64,000 bases of DNA from Verrucomicrobiota bacterium. GTDB taxonomy: Bacteria; Verrucomicrobiota; Verrucomicrobiia; Limisphaerales; AAA164-E04. The stretch lies in contig CP170459.1 of the NCBI GenBank assembly GCA_047947115.1, positions 4,800,001 to 4,864,000 of the forward strand, given 5' to 3'. Made by a program: the position numbers and the translations under genes. Under the pieces are notes generated by a model. It ran no database searches. It was not told the DNA's origin and saw only the letters and a list, made by a program, of their open reading frames with translations. Below, piece after piece: positions 1 through 9,276 of the stretch. Within the stretch, counting starts at the first letter, position 1, and each line of letters begins with the position of its first letter.

Positions 1-1
1 G

Positions 2-1474
2 AAAGATTTTGCTTGTTTCAATAGAGCAGAACCTAAAAAGGAGGACGTTGAAAAATACCTTTTGTGGAAAGAATGCTGTGAAAATGGCAGTAGCCAGTGC
101 CCATATACGGGAACGGTCATTTCAGGAGACATGTTATTTACTAACCAAGTCCAAATTGAGCATATCATCCCTTACAGTAGATCGTTGGATAATTCCTTCA
201 AAAACAAAACCTTATGCATCGCCGAAGAAAACGCGAGAAAAGGTAACAAAACTCCATATGAGCTTTATCACGGAACCGATCAATATGAAAAAGTTATGGA
301 GCGAATCGCCCACCTCCCCTACGCAAAACGACAAAAATTTAAAATCAAAGAACTACCTCACAATCCAGATCCTCAAAGATTGTTGAATGATACAAGATAC
401 ATCTGCAAGGAAGCGAAGAGCTATTTACAATTACTTGGTATTCGAGTTCAAGTATCCACAGGACAACTGACTGCCGGCCTAAGGCGCAAATGGAATTTAA
501 ATGGCCTACTCAACGAAGATAATTCGAACACAAAAAATCGCACGGATCACAGGCATCATTTCGTTGATGCATTTGTTGTCGCTAACACATCATCGGGAAT
601 CATAAATTTAATTTCCAGAATTTCCGCTAATGAAAGGACCAAGCGACAAACAACTAGTGGGCTATTTGGATTAAAATCAGAATTACTAGAACCTTGGCAG
701 AATTTCAAATTGGATTTGAGGACTAAAATTGATTATATGGTGGTATCCCATGCTCCAAATCGTAAAATTGCTGGGGCATTACATGAGGAAACAGCTCTAG
801 GAAAAGTTAGTTCTAATGGAAAAATGATGTTTGCAACAAGAATTTCACTGGACACAAATGTGACTTTGAAAAAAGTGGAAAGGATAGCTGATCCTGAAGT
901 GAAAAAATTGGTAATTAACCGTATACAACAATTTGAGAATAATCCCAAAAAAGCTTTTGTTGATTTGGAAAGTTACCCACTTTTTCACGTAGACGGGAAA
1001 ACTCGCATCAAACGAGTAAGATTGCATACGAATGACTCAATAGAATCTCTGGCTGAAAGAAAACAAAATGGAGTCGCATATGCATATTATCGTAAAGGTA
1101 ATAACTACACAGTAATAATTTACGAACTTCCCGATGGTAGTTGGCAAGCAGAGTATTTCACGGCTTTTGACGCAGCCAGTGGAATAATAAAGAAAAGGGA
1201 GATAGATACTGGCAAACGTATAATCTTGGAACTTTGTAAAAATGACATGGTTGAGTTGGAAACTAACGGTATTAAGCAATATTACCGGCTACAGAAATTC
1301 AGTCCGCCAAACAATTCACTTATTTTTCGCCTTCACACAACGACAATTACATCCGATAAATCAAGAGAGACGCTTGTTGCCAGTACACCAAGTGGATTAC
1401 AATCTAAACAAATAAAAAAAATAATCGTCTCGCCGATTGGAGAAGTATGTTATGTCGGCAAAAAGAATTCTTGA
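2..1474 (+). CDS. cas9: Type II-C Cas9, C-terminal part (5' end outside the window)
   Basis: Frame is open from position 2. HNH region CPYTG...IEHIIPYSRSLDNSFKNKTLC...NARKGNKTP, then LNDTRY, RuvC-III DHRHHFVDA and ALHEET. Followed by cas1-cas2-array with no csn2 or cas4. Confidence 0.96.
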   Translation, partial: KDFACFNRAEPKKEDVEKYLLWKECCENGSSQCPYTGTVISGDMLFTNQVQIEHIIPYSRSLDNSFKNKTLCIAEENARKGNKTPYELYHGTDQYEKVMERIAHLPYAKRQKFKIKELPHNPDPQRLLNDTRYICKEAKSYLQLLGIRVQVSTGQLTAGLRRKWNLNGLLNEDNSNTKNRTDHRHHFVDAFVVANTSSGIINLISRISANERTKRQTTSGLFGLKSELLEPWQNFKLDLRTKIDYMVVSHAPNRKIAGALHEETALGKVSSNGKMMFATRISLDTNVTLKKVERIADPEVKKLVINRIQQFENNPKKAFVDLESYPLFHVDGKTRIKRVRLHTNDSIESLAERKQNGVAYAYYRKGNNYTVIIYELPDGSWQAEYFTAFDAASGIIKKREIDTGKRIILELCKNDMVELETNGIKQYYRLQKFSPPNNSLIFRLHTTTITSDKSRETLVASTPSGLQSKQIKKIIVSPIGEVCYVGKKNS

Positions 1475-2336
1475 GGTTTCCAACCCAGCTCACGTTAGCA
1501 CGTCTAGAAAACAATTACTAATAAATCAAAAGGAATGCCTTGTTGCATCGATTCCACTAGACGATCTAGAGTGTGTGATACTTTCCCACCCTCAAATCAC
1601 TGTCACGCAGCCACTACTTAAAGAGTGCTCAAAAGCAGAAGTGGTTGTAATCATTTGTGATGAGAGGCACATGCCTATTGGTTACTATTTTTCCCCCTTT
1701 GCGCATAATTTACATTCAAAAATATTAAAACATCAGGTGGAAGCCGGAGTGACTCTTAAAAAGAAACTTTGGAAAAAAATCGTAGAAACAAAAATTTTAC
1801 ATCAAGCCCTTGTCCTCAAATTAAAAAACAAAGATTTTTCATTTATATTAAACTTAAGCAAACGAGTTAAAAGTGGGGATTCTGACAATTATGAAGCACA
1901 AGCGGCTGCCTATTATTGGCCTAACCTTTTTGGCAAAAAGTTTAGGCGCGACCCTCATATAGATGGCATTAACTCCCTATTAAATTATGGGTATGCAATC
2001 ATGAGAGCATCTACTACTAGAGCTATTGTTGGAACGGGGCTGAATCCATCTTTGGGACTATTTCACCGTAATCAATACAATTCATTTTGCCTAGCTGATG
2101 ATCTAATGGAGATCGTCAGACCGTTGATTGATTCTAAGGTCTACGAAATTTGTGTGGATTTCATACCTGAGCTAAACCAAGAAACAAAAAGCCATTTACT
2201 CAGTACGCTTCAATCTGAGGTAAAATTCGATGGTTTGAACTATTTTTTAACTGACGCACTTGAACGTTGCGCCACATCTCTTGCGCAAGCATTACAATTA
2301 CAAGATGCTAAATTATTTAAATGCCTTTCGTTATGA
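1452..2336 (+). CDS. cas1: CRISPR-associated endonuclease Cas1 (type II)
   Basis: Motifs VKSGDSDNYEAQAAAYYW, INSLLNYGYAI, GLFHRNQYNSFCLADDLMEIVRP. ATG at 1452 overlaps the cas9 end. Confidence 0.97.
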   Translation: MSAKRILEVSNPAHVSTSRKQLLINQKECLVASIPLDDLECVILSHPQITVTQPLLKECSKAEVVVIICDERHMPIGYYFSPFAHNLHSKILKHQVEAGVTLKKKLWKKIVETKILHQALVLKLKNKDFSFILNLSKRVKSGDSDNYEAQAAAYYWPNLFGKKFRRDPHIDGINSLLNYGYAIMRASTTRAIVGTGLNPSLGLFHRNQYNSFCLADDLMEIVRPLIDSKVYEICVDFIPELNQETKSHLLSTLQSEVKFDGLNYFLTDALERCATSLAQALQLQDAKLFKCLSL

Positions 2337-2665
2337 TTCAAAGAGGAGGATTTCAAAGTATGTGGGTTATTGTTTTATTCGATTTACCAACAACAACCAA
2401 AAAGGAACGTAAACAATATTCAAATTTTCGGAAAAGTCTCTTAGAATCGGGTTTCCTTCAAATGCAATTCTCCGTTTATGCAAGGTTTTCGTCTAGTCCC
2501 GAAAAAGCTGATTCAATTCAATCCAAAGTAGTTGCTTCATTACCTCCCAACGGGGAAGTAAGAATACTGAGAATGACTGACAATCAATACGCAAGAATGA
2601 GAATATTTCGCAAAAAAGCAGAGATCGAAGTAGAGAATGCACCAACTCAATTGTGTTTTTTTTGA
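2333..2665 (+). CDS. cas2: CRISPR-associated endonuclease Cas2
   Basis: MWVIVLFDLPT...FRKSLLESGFLQMQFSVYAR...TDNQY. Start could be 2321, 2333 or 2360. Confidence 0.96.
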   Translation: MIQRGGFQSMWVIVLFDLPTTTKKERKQYSNFRKSLLESGFLQMQFSVYARFSSSPEKADSIQSKVVASLPPNGEVRILRMTDNQYARMRIFRKKAEIEVENAPTQLCFF

Positions 2666-2712
2666 TGCATTTTAATGCTACTTATTGTTATTGTGAATGT
2701 TGCGCTAAGGGT
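2666..2712. promoter_or_regulatory. Short AT-rich leader-like segment between cas2 and the first repeat (probable spacer-acquisition end)
   Basis: Position and AT-richness, by analogy to other II-C loci. Confidence 0.45.
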
Positions 2713-3278
2713 AGTGTATCAAGCTATCCCCTGAACGCAATCCACAACAACTACGCTTGAAACCATGTCGAAAGTTCCGAGTGTATCAAGCTATCCCCTG
2801 AACGCAATCCACAACACATTCCTACGCTGAAACACATAGCACAAGAGTGTATCAAGCTATCCCCTGAACGCAATCCACAACAGGTGCGCCGACTACAAAG
2901 CGGTGGAAGGGAGTGTATCAAGCTATCCCCTGAACGCAATCCACAACAGGAGTGATTTGGGTGTTGTTTGGTCTTCCAAGTGTATCAAGCTATCCCCTGA
3001 ACGCAATCCACAACTTGCAAGGTTATGAGGTCAGCGGAGGTAAGAGTGTATCAAGCTATCCCCTGAACGCAATCCACAACTTGAATTTGGTAGGTGCCTG
3101 AGAAACGAATAGTGTATCAAGCTATCCCCTGAACGCAATCCACAACCATTCACTGAAACTGACTCTGATTCATGCGAGTGTATCAAGCTATCCCCTGAAC
3201 GCAATCCACAACCACACGCTCATTTTTGTCTGCTCGTATATCAGTGTATCAAGCTATCCCCTGAACGCAATCCACAAC
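2713..3278 (-). CRISPR. CRISPR array: 9 identical 36-bp repeats (+ strand AGTGTATCAAGCTATCCCCTGAACGCAATCCACAAC) and 8 spacers of 30-31 bp
   Basis: Repeats start at 2713, 2780, 2846, 2912, 2979, 3045, 3111, 3177 and 3243. The reverse complement GTTGTGGATTGCGTTCAGGGGATAGCTTGATACACT has the GTTGT- start typical of II-C repeats. Strand is inferred. Confidence 0.99.
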
Positions 3279-3418
3279 AGATCCAAGATTGCCTGAACAA
3301 TTTGGAAAGGGTTGGGCTCATCACACGGCTAAATCACAAAAAGGATCATAACAGGAAGCTGCGACTGAATCTCCGAGTTATAGCAGGAAAAAATCCTACA
3401 CAATCGAAAGCGCCAAAA

Positions 3419-3637
3419 ATGCCAAAACTGAAGGCAGCAGAGTGGAGGAAACGCCAGAAGTTGGATCGAGTTGAAAAGAAAAGATCCCAAAAAGCAGAGA
3501 AAGAGGCGCGCGAGTTATTGGATGCGGCGCGGCGCGGAGGCAATCCAATACCAGAATCTGATAAGTTTGAACCATTTTACTGCCACCAAACTTCAAGGCT
3601 TAATGCTGATGAATTTGATGATGATCCAGTATTTTGA
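3419..3637 (+). CDS. Small hypothetical protein (basic N-terminus, acidic C-terminus)
   Basis: ATG at 3419 within the 3302..3637 ORF; no recognisable family. Confidence 0.4.
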   Translation: MPKLKAAEWRKRQKLDRVEKKRSQKAEKEARELLDAARRGGNPIPESDKFEPFYCHQTSRLNADEFDDDPVF

Positions 3638-4140
3638 TGAGAAATGTTTGTATCATCCCCAAACCTCAAGATGGAACACCCCGAATCTTCGGGATCCATC
3701 ATCCCGAAAGTTCAGGATAAAAGAAGACAACCGAAGGTATACCATTGAAGTAAACCTAATTTATTGTCAGACATTTTTTAGCAAAAATGCTTGACATCAA
3801 TATCACTAAGTTCATTGTAAGTTATTTATAAATTTTATTTAAAAAACGCCGCAACTTTTTTCTTGACCAAATAGTTCCCATTACTGGCATCATCGCTGAC
3901 GACCCTACCCCAATGATAAAACAGAGAAAATTGGAGTTTTTTTGAGTAGGAAGGGGGGCACCCATTTTCAATATCGAAGCCAGAATTAATTGATCATACT
4001 ATTTTCTGACTTAAAAAAAATCCGACCTAATAATTTTTCAAAATTTTTTAAAAAAAGATGATGTTTCTTTACCCTTGAACAGTCATTGTCTCACCCATCC
4101 TGATAATCTGATTTCCACAATGAAGATGCGAAAAGTAACT

Positions 4141-4314
4141 ATGAATAAAGATGGCAGGCCACGAAAATCTGACAGTGGACGCAAACGTGGAAGTATCAGT
4201 TTGATGCAGATTGAACTTGGGAAATTGCTGCCCCACCTTCAGGAAGGATCTATCATCACCATTGGCCGAAAATGGTATGAGGAAAATTTTAAAAAATTTG
4301 AGTTCCAACACTAA
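4141..4314 (+). CDS. Small basic protein with an AT-hook-like GRPRK motif
   Basis: MNKDGRPRKSDSGRKRGS..., downstream of an AT-rich intergenic region. Start uncertain (4120, 4126 or 4141). Confidence 0.5.
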   Translation: MNKDGRPRKSDSGRKRGSISLMQIELGKLLPHLQEGSIITIGRKWYEENFKKFEFQH

Positions 4315-4352
4315 CAACCTTTAACCCAAAACTAGATAAAGAATCGTTTATT

Positions 4353-4718
4353 ATGAAAGTGCGCAATCATGATCTGGATCATCCAATAGGAATATATAAT
4401 GGATTGGTTTTTGAGAAGGCTGATGTCACCGATGACGTGGATGTTTTGCTTTTGGATGGAGGAAACAAGATGTTTTTGAATATCCACGTGGTGGAAAGTA
4501 ATGGCCATATGGGATCTTTTACAGGTTTGCTGGGTATGACAGGATCAAAGTCTTATGAACACCGGTCTCCTGATTGCAAAATCAATGCATCATTGAAGGA
4601 TGATGGTGTTTTAACCATAGATGAGGATTGTCGGTTTTGTTGTGGTGCTCGGGCGACTTTGATTGGTTCTTTTCCTTTGAAGGGTGTGGAGGAGTATCGG
4701 CTTTTTGGTTCGGAGTAA
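4353..4718 (+). CDS. Hypothetical protein (Cys-containing C-terminus, CRFCCGARA)
   Basis: 121-aa ORF in the same orientation as its neighbours. Confidence 0.55.
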   Translation: MKVRNHDLDHPIGIYNGLVFEKADVTDDVDVLLLDGGNKMFLNIHVVESNGHMGSFTGLLGMTGSKSYEHRSPDCKINASLKDDGVLTIDEDCRFCCGARATLIGSFPLKGVEEYRLFGSE

Positions 4719-4917
4719 TGAGTTAGGCGGCTCCAATGAGATTATAGAGGTATTCTTCGGGTTTCAAAAGCGCCTGCATGCCGATTTGGAGGCATGACTT
4801 GTTAAGAAACTAAGGAAATCAGGAAATAAGTCTGCGTATGTATCATTTATTTGTAAAACAGGCCAAACAGGTGAACCCCTCTGTGCATTTTTTACGCATT
4901 GTTAACGAGGGCACTTT

Positions 4918-5580
4918 ATGAAGAACGTAACCAAGATCATACTTTTACTCGGCTGCTGGCTCAACATATGCGTCATTAGTGAGACAATTACCGGCAAGGT
5001 GGTCTCAGTCTATGACGGTGACACAATTACTATCCTTGATTACACCAACCAGATCAAGATACGTCTGGAGGGTATTGACACACCAGAGGCCAAGCAACCA
5101 TTCGGGACCAGAGCAAAACAAGCTTTATCCGAGATGGTGTTTGGAAAAGAGGTTAAATTGGAATGGAATGAGAAAGACCGATACGGTCGCACCCTCGGAC
5201 ACATACACATCAATGGCAAATGGGTTAATTTGGAAATGGTCAACCAAGGAATGGCTTGGCATTACAAACAGTATTCCAAAGATCAGCAACTGGCTGAGGC
5301 CGAGATAGCCGCCAGAAAAGCAAAACTTGGCCTTTGGTCTGACCCGAAGCCTGTTGCGCCATGGGATTGGCGTAAAGGGATAAGGCCAGAGGCTGAAATA
5401 GCAACCAAGAAGTCGGAGTCTGCTGATGAGGCGGCTCCGGCGTTTGTTTACATCACCGATACAGGAAACAAATACCATGTAGAAGGTTGTAGGTATCTGA
5501 AAGATTCAATGCATAAGGTGACGTTCGCGGATGCTAAAGGAGGAGGTCTGACAGCATGCAAGGTGTGTGGTGGTCAGTGA
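4918..5580 (+). CDS. Secreted thermonuclease (SNase family) with a C-terminal Ada-like metal-binding tail
   Basis: Signal peptide; VYDGDTI, IRLEGIDTPE, DRYGRTLG, GLWSDPKPVAPWDWR; tail YITDTGNKYH..GC...CKVC. Confidence 0.93.
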   Translation: MKNVTKIILLLGCWLNICVISETITGKVVSVYDGDTITILDYTNQIKIRLEGIDTPEAKQPFGTRAKQALSEMVFGKEVKLEWNEKDRYGRTLGHIHINGKWVNLEMVNQGMAWHYKQYSKDQQLAEAEIAARKAKLGLWSDPKPVAPWDWRKGIRPEAEIATKKSESADEAAPAFVYITDTGNKYHVEGCRYLKDSMHKVTFADAKGGGLTACKVCGGQ

Positions 5581-5665
5581 CGCTTTGGAGATGCTGCGAT
5601 CTTATGTAAGTGAAACAACAAAAAAAGTTTAGCATTAAATGGCCACAGCAAAATAAAATCGCACC

Positions 5666-8600
5666 ATGACTAGGTTTTCTTCACTACGCATAAACATCGC
5701 CACCTTTGTTACGGGCTTGGTGCTTTTCCAGTGCCAGCCTGCTCAGTCCCAAGAGGCATACATCACACCTTGGTTTCAATTTAGTATGGCCTCTGGTTGG
5801 AGCAAGATTGACCAAGGAGAACAGCCGCCAGAATTTCCCAGTATTTTCAGTCCTTCCTACAGCGGATACCAAGCCAATGTCAAAATTACTTTTGGTGGCC
5901 CTGTTGCCGAAACACTCACAGATCTTGCAAGAATCAAGAAAGCAAACTTTGATGATTTGTTACCGGGTCACACAGTTCTTGCAAATCGGTTCTTCAACAC
6001 TGAGCAAGGTTTCGCTGCCAATGAGTATTACCTAGATTTTCAGGGGAACCGTTTCCGTTACATTGATGTGTTGGTTCCATACGATGGATCAAATTTCCTT
6101 GGCAGTTTTCGGGCATCTATGCCATCCACTGATTCTTCTCAAATAACCGACCAAGAAGTTCTGCAGATGCTCAATTCCGTCAGGCCAATAATAGACGGAC
6201 CAAAGATCACAACACACCCCCAGTCACAGACGGTCGGTGATGGTGAAACCTTGGTTTTGAGTGTCGCTGTGAACTCCGAGGCTGAATATACGGTTGATTG
6301 GTACCGAAACGGAATTCCAATGGGACGCACAGGGAATACCCTACAAATCACGAATTTTCGGCAGACCAATTCCGGTGATTATTGGGCCATAGCTAAAAAC
6401 TTTGCAGGAGAAGTCCGAAGCAACACAGCCACGGTTACTTGGGAGGCAGTTGGAAATCCGCCGGAGTTCACAATTCAGCCGATTTCTCAACAAATTCAAG
6501 AAGGACAATCTGTCACGCTGACGGTAGAGGTCAGTTCCGCCGAAGTATACGAGACCATTTGGTACAAAGATGAAATCCCATTGGGGACCACTGGGACATC
6601 ACTAAACATTACATCCGTCAGCAAAAACGATGAAGGCGAATATTGGGCTGTGGCATCCAACCCATACGGTCAAGCAAGGAGTGCTATTGCAAGAGTTGAC
6701 ATTTTAGATGTCCCTTTGGCCCCCATATTCATTGCCCACCCAGAATCCCAAATCATAACTACAGGGCAGAGCGTTAGCCTTTCAGTTGAAGTGGATTCCG
6801 ATGATCCATATACACTTCAGTGGTTTAAGGATGGTAATTCTGTTCAATCAGTAGACGGAATATTGAGGATAAACGACGCTCAGCTTGGTGATAGTGGTAG
6901 TTATTGGGCGATCGCGTCCAATATTGCTGGATCTATCAAAAGTAACTTAGCGGTAGTATCCGTCATTCCAGATGCGAATCATTCAAAGATTTTCTACGCT
7001 GACGAATTCTCCTTCAGCATCCTGCCAACTTGGCAAGAGGTGCAGACTGGAGGATTTTACAACTCACTCATCGGGCCACTATCTGCAAAAGGAGGTCCAA
7101 TGCTGAGTTTGGTCCCTGATTTCACGTCGGGAGAAGGCCAGAGCCTGAAAGCATCAAAGGAGCTTTTTATTGAATCAAAATTTCCCACTTCCATTGTCAT
7201 TGACGAAGGTAATTTGGGTGAGGGTTTCCTTTATTCTTTGATTTCAAGCCACGGGTTAAACTATCTGATCTCAAGCGTAGAGCTGCAACATCAAGAAGGT
7301 GACAAATATCTTCACGGGTATTGTTACATCCCGGACATTACGGTTTTCGGTCAAATTCTCAATGACATATCAGTTATGCTGAATGGAATAGTGACGAATT
7401 TCAATCAGGAGCGTGTGTCATTCAAGAAGATCTTCTATCCGAATCAGGATGAATTTCTTGAAGGTCACCGAACGGTGATAACATGGCTCGGGGATGGAGG
7501 CATATTTGGTGGAACATTCAAAAAAGACCGGGACAGTTCGGATGAGTTTTTCATCTCTGATGGAGAAACGTTCATTCACATACCCACGTTTACAAGCATT
7601 GAAAAAGATGGAGCCGCGCTGGGTGTAGGCCACTCCAGAGATGGTGTGGATGATCGAGTCCTTTATGTCTCTCCGAGTATGGATTTAGCATACGGTAATG
7701 TGACACTGGAGGTAGACGGTTTCAGTTATGGACCAGTTTCATGGAAGTGGACTCCTTCTGAAGGAATGAAAAAACTTTTTCCAACCGACCAGCATTCATT
7801 CAAAAGAGTAGGGACATACAATCTTTTTTGGGAGCCCAAGCTGTTTGGTTTTTCATCTGACGGTCTTTTTGCTTTTGGGCAACATCATAACCCACTTTTC
7901 ATAGATGATAGTGGTCTACCCATAGGGTTGGAAAACCCTAGAGAATTTGACCGCACAGGCTATAAGGGGGAAGCAATATCATATAATGTATCCACTGGGG
8001 CCATAACTTATCTGGACGATTTCCCTGAAGGTATTACTTCTTCCGGTGCAAGGGATATTTCTCAGGATGGAAATATTGTCGTAGGCACAGGTAGATCTCC
8101 TCTGAATTCTGCAGCGATATGGGAGCCATTATTAGGTATAAGTCACATACCTTCTCCATCTCCTTCGGTCTATCCTAACTGGGCAGTAGCGGTATCTTGG
8201 GATGGTATACAAATTCTATGGGAGGGAAAAGTTGCTGATGGTCACACTGGATACATCTACAACAGAGCCGAGTTAAGCCATACTTGGACTGGGCTATATG
8301 GCGTTTATGATATGGACGATTCCGCGAATGTTGTAATAGGCAAAATGACTCGTCCTTCCGAAGTGTTTAGAGATGGGGCAATATGGACAACTTATGCAGG
8401 TGCAAATTGGTTGAAATCCATTATCAATTCTGAGCTTCAGAAAATCCCCGAGGTCTATGGTGTATCTCCAGATGGCACTTACATATACGGACACGATTCG
8501 GGGGATTCCTATATCGCTCACGATCCCTCCGCTAGGTGGGTTCCATCAAATTGGGGGGGAAGCCCCCATCAATCAGTTATAAGTCATGGTCTGGAGCTAA

Positions 8601-8806
8601 GAAGAAATTTGCAAACGCATGAACTGATATTGAGTGTCAATGAGAGATATCTCGGAAAAAACATCGTGTTGGAGCAATCCGTCGATGTGAATGGTAACTG
8701 GAATCCTATTGTTGGGCCGTTGGTATACCCATCACTAGAATTTTTTGATATCAAGCCTGCATCAGAAAGCGCTTACTTCCGTGTCAGGACCATTTCGGAA
8801 AACTGA
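5666..8806 (+). CDS. Large secreted protein with three Ig-like domains and a probable beta-propeller-like C-terminal region
   Basis: Signal peptide; repeats of P.I..HPQSQ...W.K/R.G...D.G.YW..A.N..G...S; repeated S.DG motifs; C-terminal YFRV. Confidence 0.85.
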   Translation: MTRFSSLRINIATFVTGLVLFQCQPAQSQEAYITPWFQFSMASGWSKIDQGEQPPEFPSIFSPSYSGYQANVKITFGGPVAETLTDLARIKKANFDDLLPGHTVLANRFFNTEQGFAANEYYLDFQGNRFRYIDVLVPYDGSNFLGSFRASMPSTDSSQITDQEVLQMLNSVRPIIDGPKITTHPQSQTVGDGETLVLSVAVNSEAEYTVDWYRNGIPMGRTGNTLQITNFRQTNSGDYWAIAKNFAGEVRSNTATVTWEAVGNPPEFTIQPISQQIQEGQSVTLTVEVSSAEVYETIWYKDEIPLGTTGTSLNITSVSKNDEGEYWAVASNPYGQARSAIARVDILDVPLAPIFIAHPESQIITTGQSVSLSVEVDSDDPYTLQWFKDGNSVQSVDGILRINDAQLGDSGSYWAIASNIAGSIKSNLAVVSVIPDANHSKIFYADEFSFSILPTWQEVQTGGFYNSLIGPLSAKGGPMLSLVPDFTSGEGQSLKASKELFIESKFPTSIVIDEGNLGEGFLYSLISSHGLNYLISSVELQHQEGDKYLHGYCYIPDITVFGQILNDISVMLNGIVTNFNQERVSFKKIFYPNQDEFLEGHRTVITWLGDGGIFGGTFKKDRDSSDEFFISDGETFIHIPTFTSIEKDGAALGVGHSRDGVDDRVLYVSPSMDLAYGNVTLEVDGFSYGPVSWKWTPSEGMKKLFPTDQHSFKRVGTYNLFWEPKLFGFSSDGLFAFGQHHNPLFIDDSGLPIGLENPREFDRTGYKGEAISYNVSTGAITYLDDFPEGITSSGARDISQDGNIVVGTGRSPLNSAAIWEPLLGISHIPSPSPSVYPNWAVAVSWDGIQILWEGKVADGHTGYIYNRAELSHTWTGLYGVYDMDDSANVVIGKMTRPSEVFRDGAIWTTYAGANWLKSIINSELQKIPEVYGVSPDGTYIYGHDSGDSYIAHDPSARWVPSNWGGSPHQSVISHGLELRRNLQTHELILSVNERYLGKNIVLEQSVDVNGNWNPIVGPLVYPSLEFFDIKPASESAYFRVRTISEN

Positions 8807-8820
8807 AACACTGATAGATC

Positions 8821-9276
8821 ATGAATGTTAAGACAAAGGTAACAACTTGTGCTGTGGCATTGAGTGTCAGCCTTTCGGTATACCTTTTTGTGTTACATCC
8901 TCTCAAAAAAGAGGGCGAAACCCCCAAAACGCCATCCGACTACCTTGCGGGGAAACGCAACAATGGTTTCATCGGTCGGGATATAAGTTTTGTTTACGGG
9001 AATAAATCCTCATCAAATTTACACGTTCACGGTTCTGTGGACCTCATACGTCGTGATTTTCCCAAGATAGGACCTTTCAAGATTAACATGTCACGGACTG
9101 TTGTGCTTGAAGGGGTTGACTTGCACGTCAACAAAAATACTGAACCTCCTGAGGAATTGCTCAAAAAGCATTTAAGACAGCTTGTCCCAAATCTTAATGG
9201 CCCAAAGCTTTTAATCAAAGAGCTGACCATAACAGATACAGAAGGAAAAAAGACCTATGAAACATTTGAACCTTAG
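8821..9276 (+). CDS. Hypothetical protein with an N-terminal membrane anchor
   Basis: Hydrophobic N-terminal segment; tightly packed between its neighbours. Confidence 0.65.
   Translation: MNVKTKVTTCAVALSVSLSVYLFVLHPLKKEGETPKTPSDYLAGKRNNGFIGRDISFVYGNKSSSNLHVHGSVDLIRRDFPKIGPFKINMSRTVVLEGVDLHVNKNTEPPEELLKKHLRQLVPNLNGPKLLIKELTITDTEGKKTYETFEP

Noticed and set aside
2749..2845. Spacers 1 and 2 share CTACGCT(T)GAAAC
   Set aside because: Short gapped match with unrelated flanks; consistent with chance.
2751..2939. ORF on the minus strand of the array
   Set aside because: It is a translation of CRISPR repeats.
2749..3242. Self-targeting of the element by its own spacers
   Set aside because: No convincing protospacer found by eye; an exhaustive alignment could not be run.
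3918..3930. AAAACAGAGAAAA inverted match to 31532-31544 as terminal inverted repeats
   Set aside because: Low-complexity 13-mer with no target-site duplication or transposase.
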